Below are positions 25,570 to 37,707 of a stretch of 64,000 nt of DNA, piece after piece. The stretch is from positions 15,810,001 through 15,874,000 of the forward strand of contig OZ024745.1 in the NCBI GenBank assembly GCA_964016885.1, read 5' to 3'. How positions within the stretch are numbered: position 1 is the stretch's first letter; every line of letters begins with the position of its first letter. The stretch is from Eledone cirrhosa (Eukaryota). The notes below the pieces were generated by a model, which saw only the letters and a program-made list of their open reading frames with translations, did no database searches and was not told the DNA's origin. A program made the position numbers and the translations under genes.

Positions 25570-25770
25570 GCTGCCAAGAAAGAAATTTTTCGGCAAAAAT
25601 AGATATTTATTTTACCCCCTAAAAAGGGGGTAAATGCAAAAATGTTTCCCTAAATAACAGGGGTTAGTGTTCCAAATGTGTTGCACTGAAAAATTTATCC
25701 GGTACTTACAATAGTAAGGGTAAATCCCGATGGAATAGCGGAGCCGATGTGAAGCGTGTCTTACTCTATC

Positions 25771-25772
<2 letters not shown>

Positions 25773-25802
<30 letters not shown>

Positions 25803-25815
25803 CAGATAGATAGAT
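25773..25815. repeat. (GATA)n microsatellite, 5' flank of copy E
   Basis: Direct reading. Confidence 0.95.
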
Positions 25816-26025
25816 CTGCCAGGAGTTGCGACTGGTAGGTAGTATTAGAAATTGGAAAGGTCAATAGAAACATTGTTTCCTTTGTCAGGTCTGACGAATT
25901 CCACCCACTGGGTAAGAGAGGTCTGGGGTCTTGTCGTTCGTATTAAAATCTCTCGCTCTCTCTCTTTCTTTCTCTCTATATATGTATATATATATATACA
26001 TGTCATATATATATATATGCATGCA

Positions 26026-26061
<36 letters not shown>

Positions 26062-26545
26062 CATGTCAGTGTCTAGTGTATGAGAATGAATAATAGATAT
26101 TGTCTCTTGATCAGTCATATAATCAATATAACAATTAACATTAAGCAATTATTCCACGATCTCTTCTATTTCTTTGAAGTTATGTTAGCAGTAAATCACA
26201 AATCATTAACTATTCTGACGTCATCGATATCGATTACTGTGAAATATGTTATCATCCTGGGATTGTCCTCAAATATTTCCAACTTAAATAGCAAGTTTGG
26301 TATCGTGTGATGTAAGTTATTGAAAACAAGATGAGTACTGACTGTCATCGATCTGCAACATTACTGGTCCACCCGGCTTGGTTAAATCGATGAGGTTGAT
26401 TCTCAGTTTGGATATAGGTAGATCGATGACTGGAGAAACGTGGAAGAAGACAAAATCTATAGATCGATATATGGAGAAACGTAGAAGATGAACTCTGAAA
26501 GGACCTCAGTTGTGGATAGAAATATTGTGTATATTTAATGTGATA

Positions 26546-26578
<33 letters not shown>

Positions 26579-26743
26579 AAAATAAAACAAAAGTCAAAGA
26601 TAGTTCCTTGTTTTACGATCGTTTCAGAAGGTTGATTGATCATGGTAGATCGATATATTTACTAGCAGGTAGTGGTTGTCTCACCACATATTTCTAGTCT
26701 CGAATTCCCTGAACTATCACACCGTCTTTTTCAGAAACAAATG

Positions 26744-26791
<48 letters not shown>

Positions 26792-26866
26792 TCCCGAGTT
26801 CAATCGGGTGTAACCAGAATTAGTAAGGTACTCAATACGTTAGTAGAATGTAAACATCAAGTTTTG

Positions 26867-26984
26867 TATAGAAATGGCTTCTAGGGGACTAGAACTGTTT
26901 CATTCAAAATAAATCACCAGGAAAGCTTTCCTAACGCTTTCTTTTGAATGAAATAGTTCTAGTCCTGTAGAAGCCATTTCTATA
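26867..26984. mobile_element. Small palindromic MITE
   Basis: TATAGAAATGGCTTCTA.GGACTAGAACT.TTTCATTCAAAA matched by its reverse complement. Confidence 0.7.
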
Positions 26985-27456
26985 TTAAACAAGATATATA
27001 TATATATATATATATATAAAATAGGGATATACGACGAATAAATCCGTCTTTCTATTATATAATTTCAATATCTAAATATACAGAAACAAAGAAATCAAAA
27101 TTCTTTCCCCCTTTATTATTATTTTTATATTTTTATAATACTACTTTTGTTTCCTAGAATATTTTTTTCATTTTTTCCTTTGATATAATATATATTTTTG
27201 ATGTAATACATATTTTAATTAATTATAAGCAGCATATAGACTGAATAACGGTCAATTTTTTTTTGTTTTTTTTACCAATCTAATTATGCTATATTTTAAA
27301 TAATTTATTAAACGTTTAAACCAACTGTAATGTATTATCCCAATCACGTAACCTCCTGTGTGTTGAGTTGTTTTCTAGTCATATGCTTGGTGGTCACCGA
27401 TCTGTCCACCTCGTTTGTCTACCAGCTTATCATGAAAAAGTTATACATCTCGTATG

Positions 27457-27533
27457 TATTTTGTCTGAAGAGGACATGTTTTGGTTTATGTTATACAGAA
27501 AACTTTACATCTTCGAAATATATATAATAAAAT
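27457..27533 (+). ncRNA. Hammerhead-like motif (Penelope terminus remnant)
   Basis: TATTTTGT-CTGAAGA...GAAA-TATATA-TAATAAAATA; same layout as 7393-7459, weak stem II. Confidence 0.5.
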
Positions 27534-27736
27534 AAATAGAGATGATATAAAGTATATATATTTCGTTTATTACTATTATTGTTATATATTTGTGAGAAAA
27601 ACTACAAACCCTCCATCTCAATTCTACTTTTCAAAAGCAGAAGAACTGCGAAACCGGTAAAAGAACCAAATAAATATTTTTTTTAAAGACTCCAGTTGCA
27701 TTTACGATTTCATCTTTTTTCCTTATACTTTCACTC

Positions 27737-28294
27737 GTGTGTGTGTGAGTTTGAATCCCTAAAACTCGAGAAGTACCCAAACAATTTTTTTCAAACTGTA
27801 CATTCAACTTTTTTTTTATCTCCTAGGGCCCGCATTAGGTGAAAAACTGCGTTGTTTAACATTTTTAGGGGTTTTTTGAGGCGTTACGTCAGACCGATTC
27901 CCTTGAAATTGTAACTATGTATTAGTCAGTCTCTTCTTCATACCGTAAGCAAAGAAAATCTAACTTTCTTATGGCCTAGGGCCCGCATTAGGTGAAAACT
28001 TCATTTTTTCAGCTTCTTAGGGCTTTTTGGAGGTGTTACGTCTTGCCGATTTTCCCGAAATTTCAAGGTATATTATGTACATAAAAAAATTCTTTTTCTT
28101 GATCCCCTAGGGCCCGCATTAGGTGAAAACCTGCATTTTTCTTGCTTCATCGAGGAAAATCTTAAAGATTATCCAGCCATCAGAGTATTCGGTTTATTTT
28201 CTTTACATATTGTCCAGGCACGCAGTTTTTAGGTTTATTGGCGGCCCGCGTTCCAAAATACCTTATCCCGGGCAACGCCGGGTACCACTGCTAG
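27737..28294 (+). mobile_element. Non-autonomous Helitron, 3' part
   Basis: Ends with hairpin CCCGG-gcaacg-CCGGG then CTAG|T; internal TAGGGCCCGCATTAGGTGAAAA subrepeats; reverse complement of 37708-38375. Confidence 0.78.
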
Positions 28295-28959
28295 TAAACT
28301 ATATAACTTCGCTAAATTAACAATATTCTGAAAACATTTTCAATGCTGGAACAAAATATTTGAATCTACAAATTGTTCTCCTCTTACAACTTGAACTACG
28401 TGTTTTTTTTAATGTAAAATGCAAAATCAACGCTCTTCGTAACTCATATTAGAAATGTAAACAACTAATAATTGTAAATTATTTCTATTTCTATAATACT
28501 TATACATGCACAATTATTAATCTATATAGATATGTATATACTCACAACCTATTGTAATGTAATAAGAAAAAATCTACTTACAACCATAATTCTTCATATA
28601 ATCTAATTGATTATATATACAATATTATAACTCATAATATAGCTAAATAAATTTAAATTCTGGAATCATATTCCACCATTCCCGCAAATTGTTAATCCTT
28701 TAAATGAACATAAATACAAGCTCTTCTTTCTTTTTTTTTCTTCTTCCTACTCTTACATACATATATCCTAATTATTTAAATTCTGCATAGCGTTTACAAT
28801 AGCGTTTTTTCAGCCCTATACCTCAACCTCATTTGCATACTCATCTTAATAATTTGAAATATCTGACTTTTCTTCTCTTATCCCTTCACTATCCAAGAAA
28901 AACTTGAACCGTTAAGGTATCTTTTCTTGGTTATGTCAAAATTTATAAAACAAACTTTG

Positions 28960-29020
28960 TATTTTATCTGATGAAAGCGTACCAAAGTTTTGGTACCCTT
29001 GAAATATATATAATAGAATA
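28960..29020 (+). ncRNA. Minimal hammerhead ribozyme motif
   Basis: TATTTTAT-CTGATGA-aagcGTACCAAA gt TTTGGTACcctt-GAAA-TATATA-TAATAGAATA. Confidence 0.65.
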
Positions 29021-29076
29021 AATATGGTTTTATAAATATAGTTTCCATTTATTTAATATCATTGTATAAACAGACA

Positions 29077-29205
<129 letters not shown>

Positions 29206-29578
29206 GTATAACGAAGGAAATGTGGTAAGGAACCAGGTGGACCATAACGCACCAAAGTACTCAATACTTGAGGTAGTAGAGTGGGTAATAGGAACCAGTA
29301 AGACCCCGACAGCTGAGCTCAATATATATATATGTATATATATATGATGTATATATATACATCATATATATATGTATATATATATGATGGTCTCTCCTGT
29401 CATATATCGACATATGAATGTTCGACAGTTTTCTCAGTTCATTTTTTATGGTTATGCCTTAAATGACAATTCAGTCCAGTTGGCGATTAACACATCAAGC
29501 CGTATTCAGTGCTGATGACAGGATTTTACGCGAGGCACACACATACACACACACATATATATATATATATGTAGGCAG

Positions 29579-29651
<73 letters not shown>

Positions 29652-29652
29652 C

Positions 29653-29684
<32 letters not shown>

Positions 29685-30289
29685 GTCGGGATAGAACCAA
29701 TGTAGCTATTAAGACATGCAGACAGGCGGACTGACAGAGAGAAAATTCAAGCCTGTAACGTCCTATTGTGGAAGGCTCACCTGTTAAGAATACGCCAAGT
29801 TAATTGTCCAATCTATATGTTAGCTCCAGGGTCATATTGAAAGTGCCAATATGGGTGATGTAGCACAAGAAACATCTCGCTAGGCAATCATGTTAAAATA
29901 TAATCCTTTAATCAAGCTGTCACTTTAACCAATAGTAGTTGTTAGAATAAATTTCCTAGTGGAGCATAATGTTATTGCAACTTTTGTCAGTGGTCCAAAA
30001 ACGGGAGACTGGAATGTGATCGATTTAAAAATAATTGTTATTCCCTTGCATATAGCCAGGATGAAGTTTTGGCACAGGTGATGAAAAACAAGGCATGATA
30101 AAATATATAAAAAAAATAATAAAAACAAACTATAAAATAGAGAATAACTGTAAAAACAAAATTTGGATATCAACCTTTCAGATGTGAAATTATTGGACAG
30201 TTTTGGAAAGTGGAGAAAGATAGAAGAAAACCATTGGTGTGTGTCGTTACTGCTTGATGTTCTGTACTAGCGGCTGTGGTAGTTGGTGG

Positions 30290-30611
30290 TGGGGAGAGGG
30301 GGCGAGTGGGAGTGGGGGAGAGGGAGAATGAGTCGGAGGGGAGAGGAGTGGGGGAGAGGGAGATAGAGAGGGGGGAGATGAGTGGGGGAGAGTGGGAGAG
30401 AAGGTGAGGGAGAGGGAGTGGGGGAGAGGGAGAGGAGAGAGATGATGTGGGAGAGGGAGAGAGGAAAGAGAAGGGAGAGAGAGAGTAGGGGAGTGGGTGA
30501 GAGAGAGTGGGGAGTGGGAGAGAGAGAGAGTGGAAAGAGAGAGTAAATGAGAGGGAGAGAGAAGGATACATATATATATATATATATACACATATACACT
30601 GCTGGAAAGAA

Positions 30612-30661
<50 letters not shown>

Positions 30662-30786
30662 TGAGAGAGAGAGATGAAGAGACATGATAGCTGATGGAGA
30701 GACAGAGGGAGAGGAAGAGAGAGAGAGAATGATAGTTATTGGTGAGAGTGAGAAAGAGAAAGAGAGAGGGAGAGTGGAAGAGAAAA

Positions 30787-30826
<40 letters not shown>

Positions 30827-30837
30827 CGAGAGAAGCG

Positions 30838-30877
<40 letters not shown>

Positions 30878-30878
30878 C
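30290..30878. repeat. GA-rich low-complexity tract with (AG)n and (TA)n
   Basis: Direct reading. Confidence 0.9.
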
Positions 30879-31269
30879 TATTCCAGCACATATCCCTCTC
30901 TAGCATGACAATTAGTTTAGCGTCGTTGATAATAATACTTTCTCTGTGAATGATTTGCGGGCAGTTCCAAAGAGAGAACCTGTTTGTCTGTTTAGAGAAG
31001 TAGAATTGGTTAAGTTGATCTAGTTTTATTTTTCTATTAAATAAATGTAGTTTAGCTTTAGCGGCCTTTCTTGATAATACTTTGTAGAAATAAGCAGTAG
31101 AAACAAATCAAACAAAAATAAAACAAACATTCCTAGACATTTTTTCAAATTTAATTAGTCCGAATCGACTCAATCCTAGACACCATTCGCTTACCTAGTC
31201 AGGTAGAACTCGTTGCCTGAAAATACACTTTCATGCAAGTTTTTATATACTTATATATATATATATAAA

Positions 31270-31335
<66 letters not shown>

Positions 31336-31393
31336 TAAATATTGAGTTCTTCATACGGATTGGACACTACCGTAAACTCTTGGTAGATTTATC

Positions 31394-31466
<73 letters not shown>

Positions 31467-31531
31467 TTATATATAAAGAAATAAAGAAATAATTATATTA
31501 CAGTTGTTTATATACCACTGTGTGTGTGTGA

Positions 31532-31588
<57 letters not shown>

Positions 31589-31589
31589 T

Positions 31590-32120
31590 GTGTATGTTTG
31601 TTGTTTAGAATGTTTTAGAAACGCGAGTAGAAGTACTGACCCGAATTAACTAGGTCCCAGACATCATTCGCTTACCAAGTTAGGTGGAACTCGTCAGATC
31701 GGACAATTCTTCTTCGCCCAATTATTCCTGAGAGGATCGTGGGGACAGAGTCTTCTAACACACTTTCCGGCGGGTGCTGTCAGAAGTAACCGTCTCCAAC
31801 TGATCCGGCTGGATTCCCAAGCGATACCAGCCAAGCTCATGGATATTATCCAACCATCTTGCTCGGGACTACCCCTGGGTCTCCTGCTGGCTGGTTTTGA
31901 TGGGAAAATCTGTCTACAATTCCTTCCTGAGACATTATAACCACATGCACATAGTATCAGAGCTGTGATCTCTCAATTTGGAGTAACTCTCTGATCTAGA
32001 GCTATGTACACTATCGAGTAACGTTACTCCAAAGACCCTTCGGAGGAATCCAGTTTTGGCCGCTTGTATTCGTGATCCTATTCTTTCAGTCATTACCCAA
32101 GATTTATGACCATAGGTTCT
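31590..32120 (-). mobile_element. 3' fragment of an RTE-clade LINE
   Basis: YGHKSWVMTERIGSRIQAAKTGFLRRVFGVTLLD; downstream RPRGSPRARW-like segment. Confidence 0.72.
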
Positions 32121-32499
32121 ATATTTATATATTATAGTAACACCACATTCTGTTGGCACTATCTCTACAAGCGCTAAACTTAACACCTCTCTCTCTATAG
32201 GAAATATATATAGTAAAACTACTGCCTATAGGCAATGCCTCTATATAATACAGCTACAACAATGTCTATAAATACTATATTAATAGGAACCATATATCAC
32301 AGCATCACTTTCTATAGGCACTATCTCTATAAGTATATAGTACCACCACTATCGATAGACACTATCTCTATAAGTATTATATATAGTACCACCACTATCG
32401 ATAGACACTATGTCTATAAGAAACATATAATACCACCACTGTCTATAGGTACTCTATATAGTACAGCCATAGCCTATAGGCATTATTTCTCTCTATAAT

Positions 32500-32680
32500 G
32501 GTGGATTGGCAGTATCGGTAGAGGGTCGGACGCCATGCTTTCCAGCATAGTTACGTCCCTTTACGATCTGAGTTCAAATCCCGCCGAGGTTGACTTTGCC
32601 TTTCATCCTTACGGGGTCGATAAAGTAAAGTACCAGTAATGCACTGGGTAATTGCTGGCCTTGTGCCTCAAGTAGAAACA
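32500..32680 (+). mobile_element. tRNA-headed Meta-domain SINE with 18-bp TSD
   Basis: A box TGGCAGTATCGG, B box GAGTTCAAATCC, GACTTTGCCTTTCATCCT..GGGGTCGATAAA..AGTACCAG; TSD ATTATTTCTCTCTATAAT at 32482-32499 and 32681-32698. Confidence 0.88.
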
Positions 32681-33083
32681 ATTATTTCTCTCTATAATAA
32701 CACCATTCTCTATAGGCACTATCACTATATAATACCACCACAGCCTATAGGTATCTCTATATAGTACGACCACAGCCTATAGTCATCTCTATAGCCATTT
32801 AAACCACACCATCTCGCTAACTTGATATCGTTCCAAAACTTTTCTAATTTCTAATTTATTTTCTTTCCTTTACTCTTTCACTATTTCACTTGTCATAGCC
32901 GACTGGCTAAGGCCATGCTGGAGCACCGCCATTTCTTATTTACTTTGATAAAGGCTTTAACCAGAAACATCAGATCTTCTTGTTCGTCACCAATATTTCC
33001 ACTCTACACACATTGTTCGTGTTTTGGTGAATATATTTTGTCAACCAAGTGTCTTCCCTTTTCATTTTATTTCACTTTTGTTT

Positions 33084-33181
<98 letters not shown>

Positions 33182-33194
33182 CTCTCTCTCCCCC

Positions 33195-33227
<33 letters not shown>

Positions 33228-33434
33228 ACACACACACTCACATACTAGGTGTGTCAGAAAAGTTCCAGGACTGATGTTACAAAAGATTTATTTCAAACCC
33301 AACTTCACACTAAGAGTTTTTCTCCGTCAAAGTAATCCCCCTGGAGTATGTAACTGTAATCTTAGCTCTCTGCAGCGATCAAACTTTTTTCTTCTAATTG
33401 TATATACATGTCCTCTGTTTCAGGTCGTCAAGCA

Positions 33435-33999
33435 ATGAGCACAGAGCAACGAACAAACTTGAAAACTCCGTCAGAAGCACTGGGATTGCTGCAGCAAGTG
33501 TATGGAGATGAGACGATGTCACGCTCACGTGTTTTTGAGTGGTGCAAGAGGTTTAAAGAAGGACGAGAGGGCGTGGAAGATGACCCCAGGAGCGCAAGGC
33601 CCTCAACAACCAGAACTGAGGTCAACGTTGAGCGCGTCAGGCAGATGGTGCGTAGCGCTCGTCGGCTGACTGTTCGACTGATGGCAAATAAGCTGGGCAT
33701 GAATCGGGACAGCGTCTGGAAGATTCTCACTGAAGATTTGGACATGCGGAAAGTCTGCGAGAAGATGGTGCGAAAACTGCTGAACGATGACCAGACGGGT
33801 CGACGCATGCAAGTGTGCCAGGACATCCTCGAGCGTCTTTAAACCGAACTAGACTTGCTAGGGACAGTCATCACCGGTGATGAGTCATGGATCTTCGAGT
33901 ATGACTCGGAGGGGACCCGTTTTGAAGACGTGGACGACATCAAAAAGGCCGCATGTAAGCGTGGCAGAAAAGGATGGAAAAGTGCATTAGACTCCAGGG
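33435..33999 (+). pseudogene. Mariner transposase remnant
   Basis: HTH and first catalytic D present; stop at 33840; catalytic core deleted near 33910. Confidence 0.85.
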
Positions 34000-34473
34000 C
34001 ATGGGTTTCCAATCTTTTATAATAAATTCCACCTTAATGATATAGCAAAACAGTATGGCCCGCCCCAAAAATTAAAATTTTTGATATAATTTTTTTATGT
34101 AGAAATAATTTCGGCGTGTCTTTTTATTTCAATCAAATCATTTTAAATTTATTATAACATTTACTAAAATTTAATAAAATAAATAATATATATCCTGTTA
34201 TAAAAATAAGTTTCTTTACTAAGTTTCTTTACTAAAACATAAATTGTTTAAATAATTATCAAGTGAAGTGAAATCATAATTAGAAAAGGTAGAAAGTTGA
34301 TAATAATACATTTGAATATAAACATTTGAAGCAAGAAAAAGAAAAATTATGTTAGGAAACTACTCTTCTTTTTTATGTATGAAATTTTATGATTTTTAGT
34401 TAATTCCCGTGGCTCCCTCAATAACTTGCTATGGCCCACTGGTGGGCCATGGCTCCCTGGTTGGGAACCAATG
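34000..34473. mobile_element. hAT (Charlie-like) MITE nested in the mariner
   Basis: TIRs CATGGGTTTCCAA / TTGGGAACCAATG; perfect 8-bp TSD CTCCAGGG at 33992-33999 and 34474-34481. Confidence 0.88.
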
Positions 34474-34864
34474 CTCCAGGGAGATTACTTTGAAGGAGAA
34501 AACTCTTAGTGTAAAGTTTGGGTTTGAAATAAATCTTTTGTGACATGAGTCCTGGAACTTTTCTGACACACCTCGTACGTATATACACATACATACACAC
34601 ATACACAAACATACACACTCACACACACACACATATATATACAACTGTATGTGTGTGATAAAACGACTACGCCCCAGTTTAAACTTTTTTCATTAAATAT
34701 TTTTCACATTTGCTTATTAGTCCCTTTTTTTGTAAAACTCTTCCCTCGTTCACATGAACCTAGGCAAGCATCCCGTTGTTCATACAACAATATACATCAC
34801 ACAGTAGGTGTAGACACAAGATTATTTGAAGTGGTACAGATACGGAGTCAATTTGAAACAGGTT

Positions 34865-35280
34865 ATCACACCACCAACACCATCATCACCACTTATTCTA
34901 TCACCATTATCACCACCATCACCATCACCAACACCAACACCAACACTATCACCATCACCACAAATCCTCACCACTATAACCAACACCAACACCAACACCA
35001 ACACTATCACCATCATCATCACCACAAATCCTCACCACTATAACCAACACCAACACCAACACCAACACCAACACTATCACCATCACCATCACCACAAATC
35101 CTCACCACTATAACCAACACCAACACCAACACTATCACCATCACCATCACCACAAATCCTCACCACTATAACCACCACCAACACCAACACCAACACCAAC
35201 ACTATCACCATCACCATCACCACAAATCCTCACCACTATAACCACCACCACCACCAACACCATCACCATCACCATCAGCA
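34865..35280. repeat. Roughly 54-66-bp CAC/AAC-rich minisatellite
   Basis: Five recurrences of ATCACCACAAATCCTCACCACTATAACC. Confidence 0.88.
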
Positions 35281-35768
35281 TTACGCTCACCATCAATTTG
35301 CACCATCACAACCACCAACAACATCGCTACCAACACTACACACACCAAGACCACCACCACCACCACCAGGAATACCAGAAGGAATCACCATCTCAATCTC
35401 CACCACCACCCACCACAACTAGCAACACCATCCCTCATCTTCTTCTTCTTCTTCTTCTTCTTCTTCTTCTTCTTCTTCTTCTTCTTCTTCTTCTTCTTCT
35501 ACACCCCCACCCCTCCCCCCCTCCCCCCATCGTCATCACCACACCAACACTGTCACAAACAACATCCTTACCACCAATTAAACCACCATACACACTTCCA
35601 CTGTTACCACCACCCACACAGCCATACCATCTTTCTCACAATCTCCACTATCACTTGCTAAAAGTCTATGAAAACAAACATTATATACATATACACACAT
35701 ACATACATATATATAAATATTAATTGAGCGAGAATCGCATTTCGGCGGGTAGAAAAAGCGAAACGAAT

Positions 35769-35855
<87 letters not shown>

Positions 35856-35992
35856 AAAGGCAAACAGAAATAACAAACAAGCGACACAGTACAATGAAGA
35901 AATAAATTAGTTTTGCGCTTGATATAATAAGAAAAGAGTCTGTATATATCTATATCTATATCTATATTTATATCTATCTATCCCCCCGCTCT

Positions 35993-36085
<93 letters not shown>

Positions 36086-36089
<4 letters not shown>

Positions 36090-36856
36090 AGTTAAGAACT
36101 CAGGGTAGTCTCTTACAATTAAATAGCTCCAAGAAAAAAGCTTTTTTCCGAGCCGTACAATATAATTGAATAAACAAGAGAGATGAAACCTAATATGTGT
36201 TCGAATGGTAAGGACCAACATTTGTTAGGGTGCAAAAATACTAACTACAGCAATATAGTTTCTTATCCTTAACTTTAAATATTAAATTAAAAAAAGTAAC
36301 AGACCTATATTGGGCAAAAATGCCTGGTAACAACTAGACCGTGTTGGAGACTGTTCCGCAACGACTTATTAAGTGAAGTTCTCACGTTTCTCTGCTCCTC
36401 AGTGGTTGTTGAGAAATTAGTGATCCTTCCACTTCTAAAGTTATTAGAGAATGAATTGTGTACGATATGAATTATCGCACGTGTCATTCAGAACCCAGCT
36501 GGTCTCGAAATTCCCTGCCGCTAAGAATAGCAGCCTGGCTGACAGGAGAATACAAATTAGCTCTACATGATGGAGCCGATAAATATATATTGAGTTAAGA
36601 ACTCAGGGTAGTCTCTTACAATTAAATAGCTCTAAGAAAAAAGCTTTTCCGAGCCGTACAATATAATTGAATAAAAAGAGAGATGAACACTAATATAAAC
36701 ATATATGGCTTCGAATGGTAAGGACCAACATTTGTTAGGGTGAAAAATATACTAACTACAGCAATATAGTTTGTTATCCTTAACTTTAAATATTAAATTA
36801 AGAAAAATTAAGAAAAATAAAGACCTATATTGGGCAAAAATGCCTGGTAACAACTA
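36086..36856. repeat. 1.5-copy partial tandem element (about 260-bp direct repeats, about 503-bp period) within (TA)n
   Basis: 36086-36337 matches 36590-36856. Confidence 0.8.
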
Positions 36857-36857
36857 C

Positions 36858-36889
<32 letters not shown>

Positions 36890-36997
36890 GTATGAAAATG
36901 AATACTATATATATATATATATATATATATATGACTGAATCTTAACCATGACTGAATCTTAACCATCTACTATGTCAAGGAATGTCATGCGTCATCT

Positions 36998-37064
36998 TAT
37001 TTTATCTGATGAGGACGTACTGTTGAACTTAACTCAGTACCTCTGAAATATGTATAATAAAATA
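36998..37064 (+). ncRNA. Minimal hammerhead motif in a solo Penelope pseudo-LTR fragment (36932-37110)
   Basis: Same family as 7393-7459, with a different stem II loop. Confidence 0.7.
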
Positions 37065-37249
37065 TAATTGATCACAAGAATATCTATTTTGTTAATATTT
37101 TGAATTAATATATATATACGAGAATAATACTATTTATAATTATGTATATAGTATAAACAACCATAAACAAGAAGGTCAGTAATTTCTTATTACCTTATTA
37201 CCAGTTAGAGAAATAGCTCAATGTATGAACATTTATTTATTTATTTATT

Positions 37250-37334
<85 letters not shown>

Positions 37335-37446
37335 TAACAGATTCAAGTTTAAGCAAAGAATCGCTGCTTTCACACTTAACGGGATCTTCTGAAACTAAAA
37401 GAATCAATCTGTGAACGCAGAAGTAAATATTACGAAAAACGTTACA

Positions 37447-37540
<94 letters not shown>

Positions 37541-37547
37541 ACACACA

Positions 37548-37666
<119 letters not shown>

Positions 37667-37707
37667 CGTGATAATGTCTTAATGCCAGGCATCAGACCTA
37701 ATCGTGG

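Larger units (their letters stand above)
20062..25772 (-). mobile_element. Tx1 copy E, full length, mildly degenerate
   Basis: ORF1 23727-25569 with CYLCMERGHVKANC; ORF2 20294-~23730 with an intact 820-aa RT/C-terminal stretch; GATA at both ends. Confidence 0.93.
33245..34575 (+). mobile_element. Internally deleted mariner (Tc1/mariner) element, TA TSD, about 100-bp inverted ends
   Basis: C(T/G)AGGTGTGTCAGAAAAGTTCCAGGACT at both ends; HTH VYGDETMSRSRVFEWCKRFKEGRE, TGDESWIFEYD, C-terminal CIRLQGDYFE. Confidence 0.9.

Noticed and set aside
25875-25935. Apparent microexon (TTTGTCAG|23 nt|GTAAGA) and CTGACGA core
   Set aside because: Resembles dispersed repeat sequence at 31175-31220 and 31655-31700 (minus strand) and lacks a proper GAAA/stem III, so neither exon nor ribozyme is supported.
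32500-32590. tRNA gene
   Set aside because: A/B boxes belong to a SINE head; no cloverleaf, and a TSD is present.
37330-37445. Hammerhead-like CAGAAGA...GAAA on minus, also at 53385-53500
   Set aside because: Core deviates from CUGANGA and stems I/III are poor; only a shared repeat fragment.
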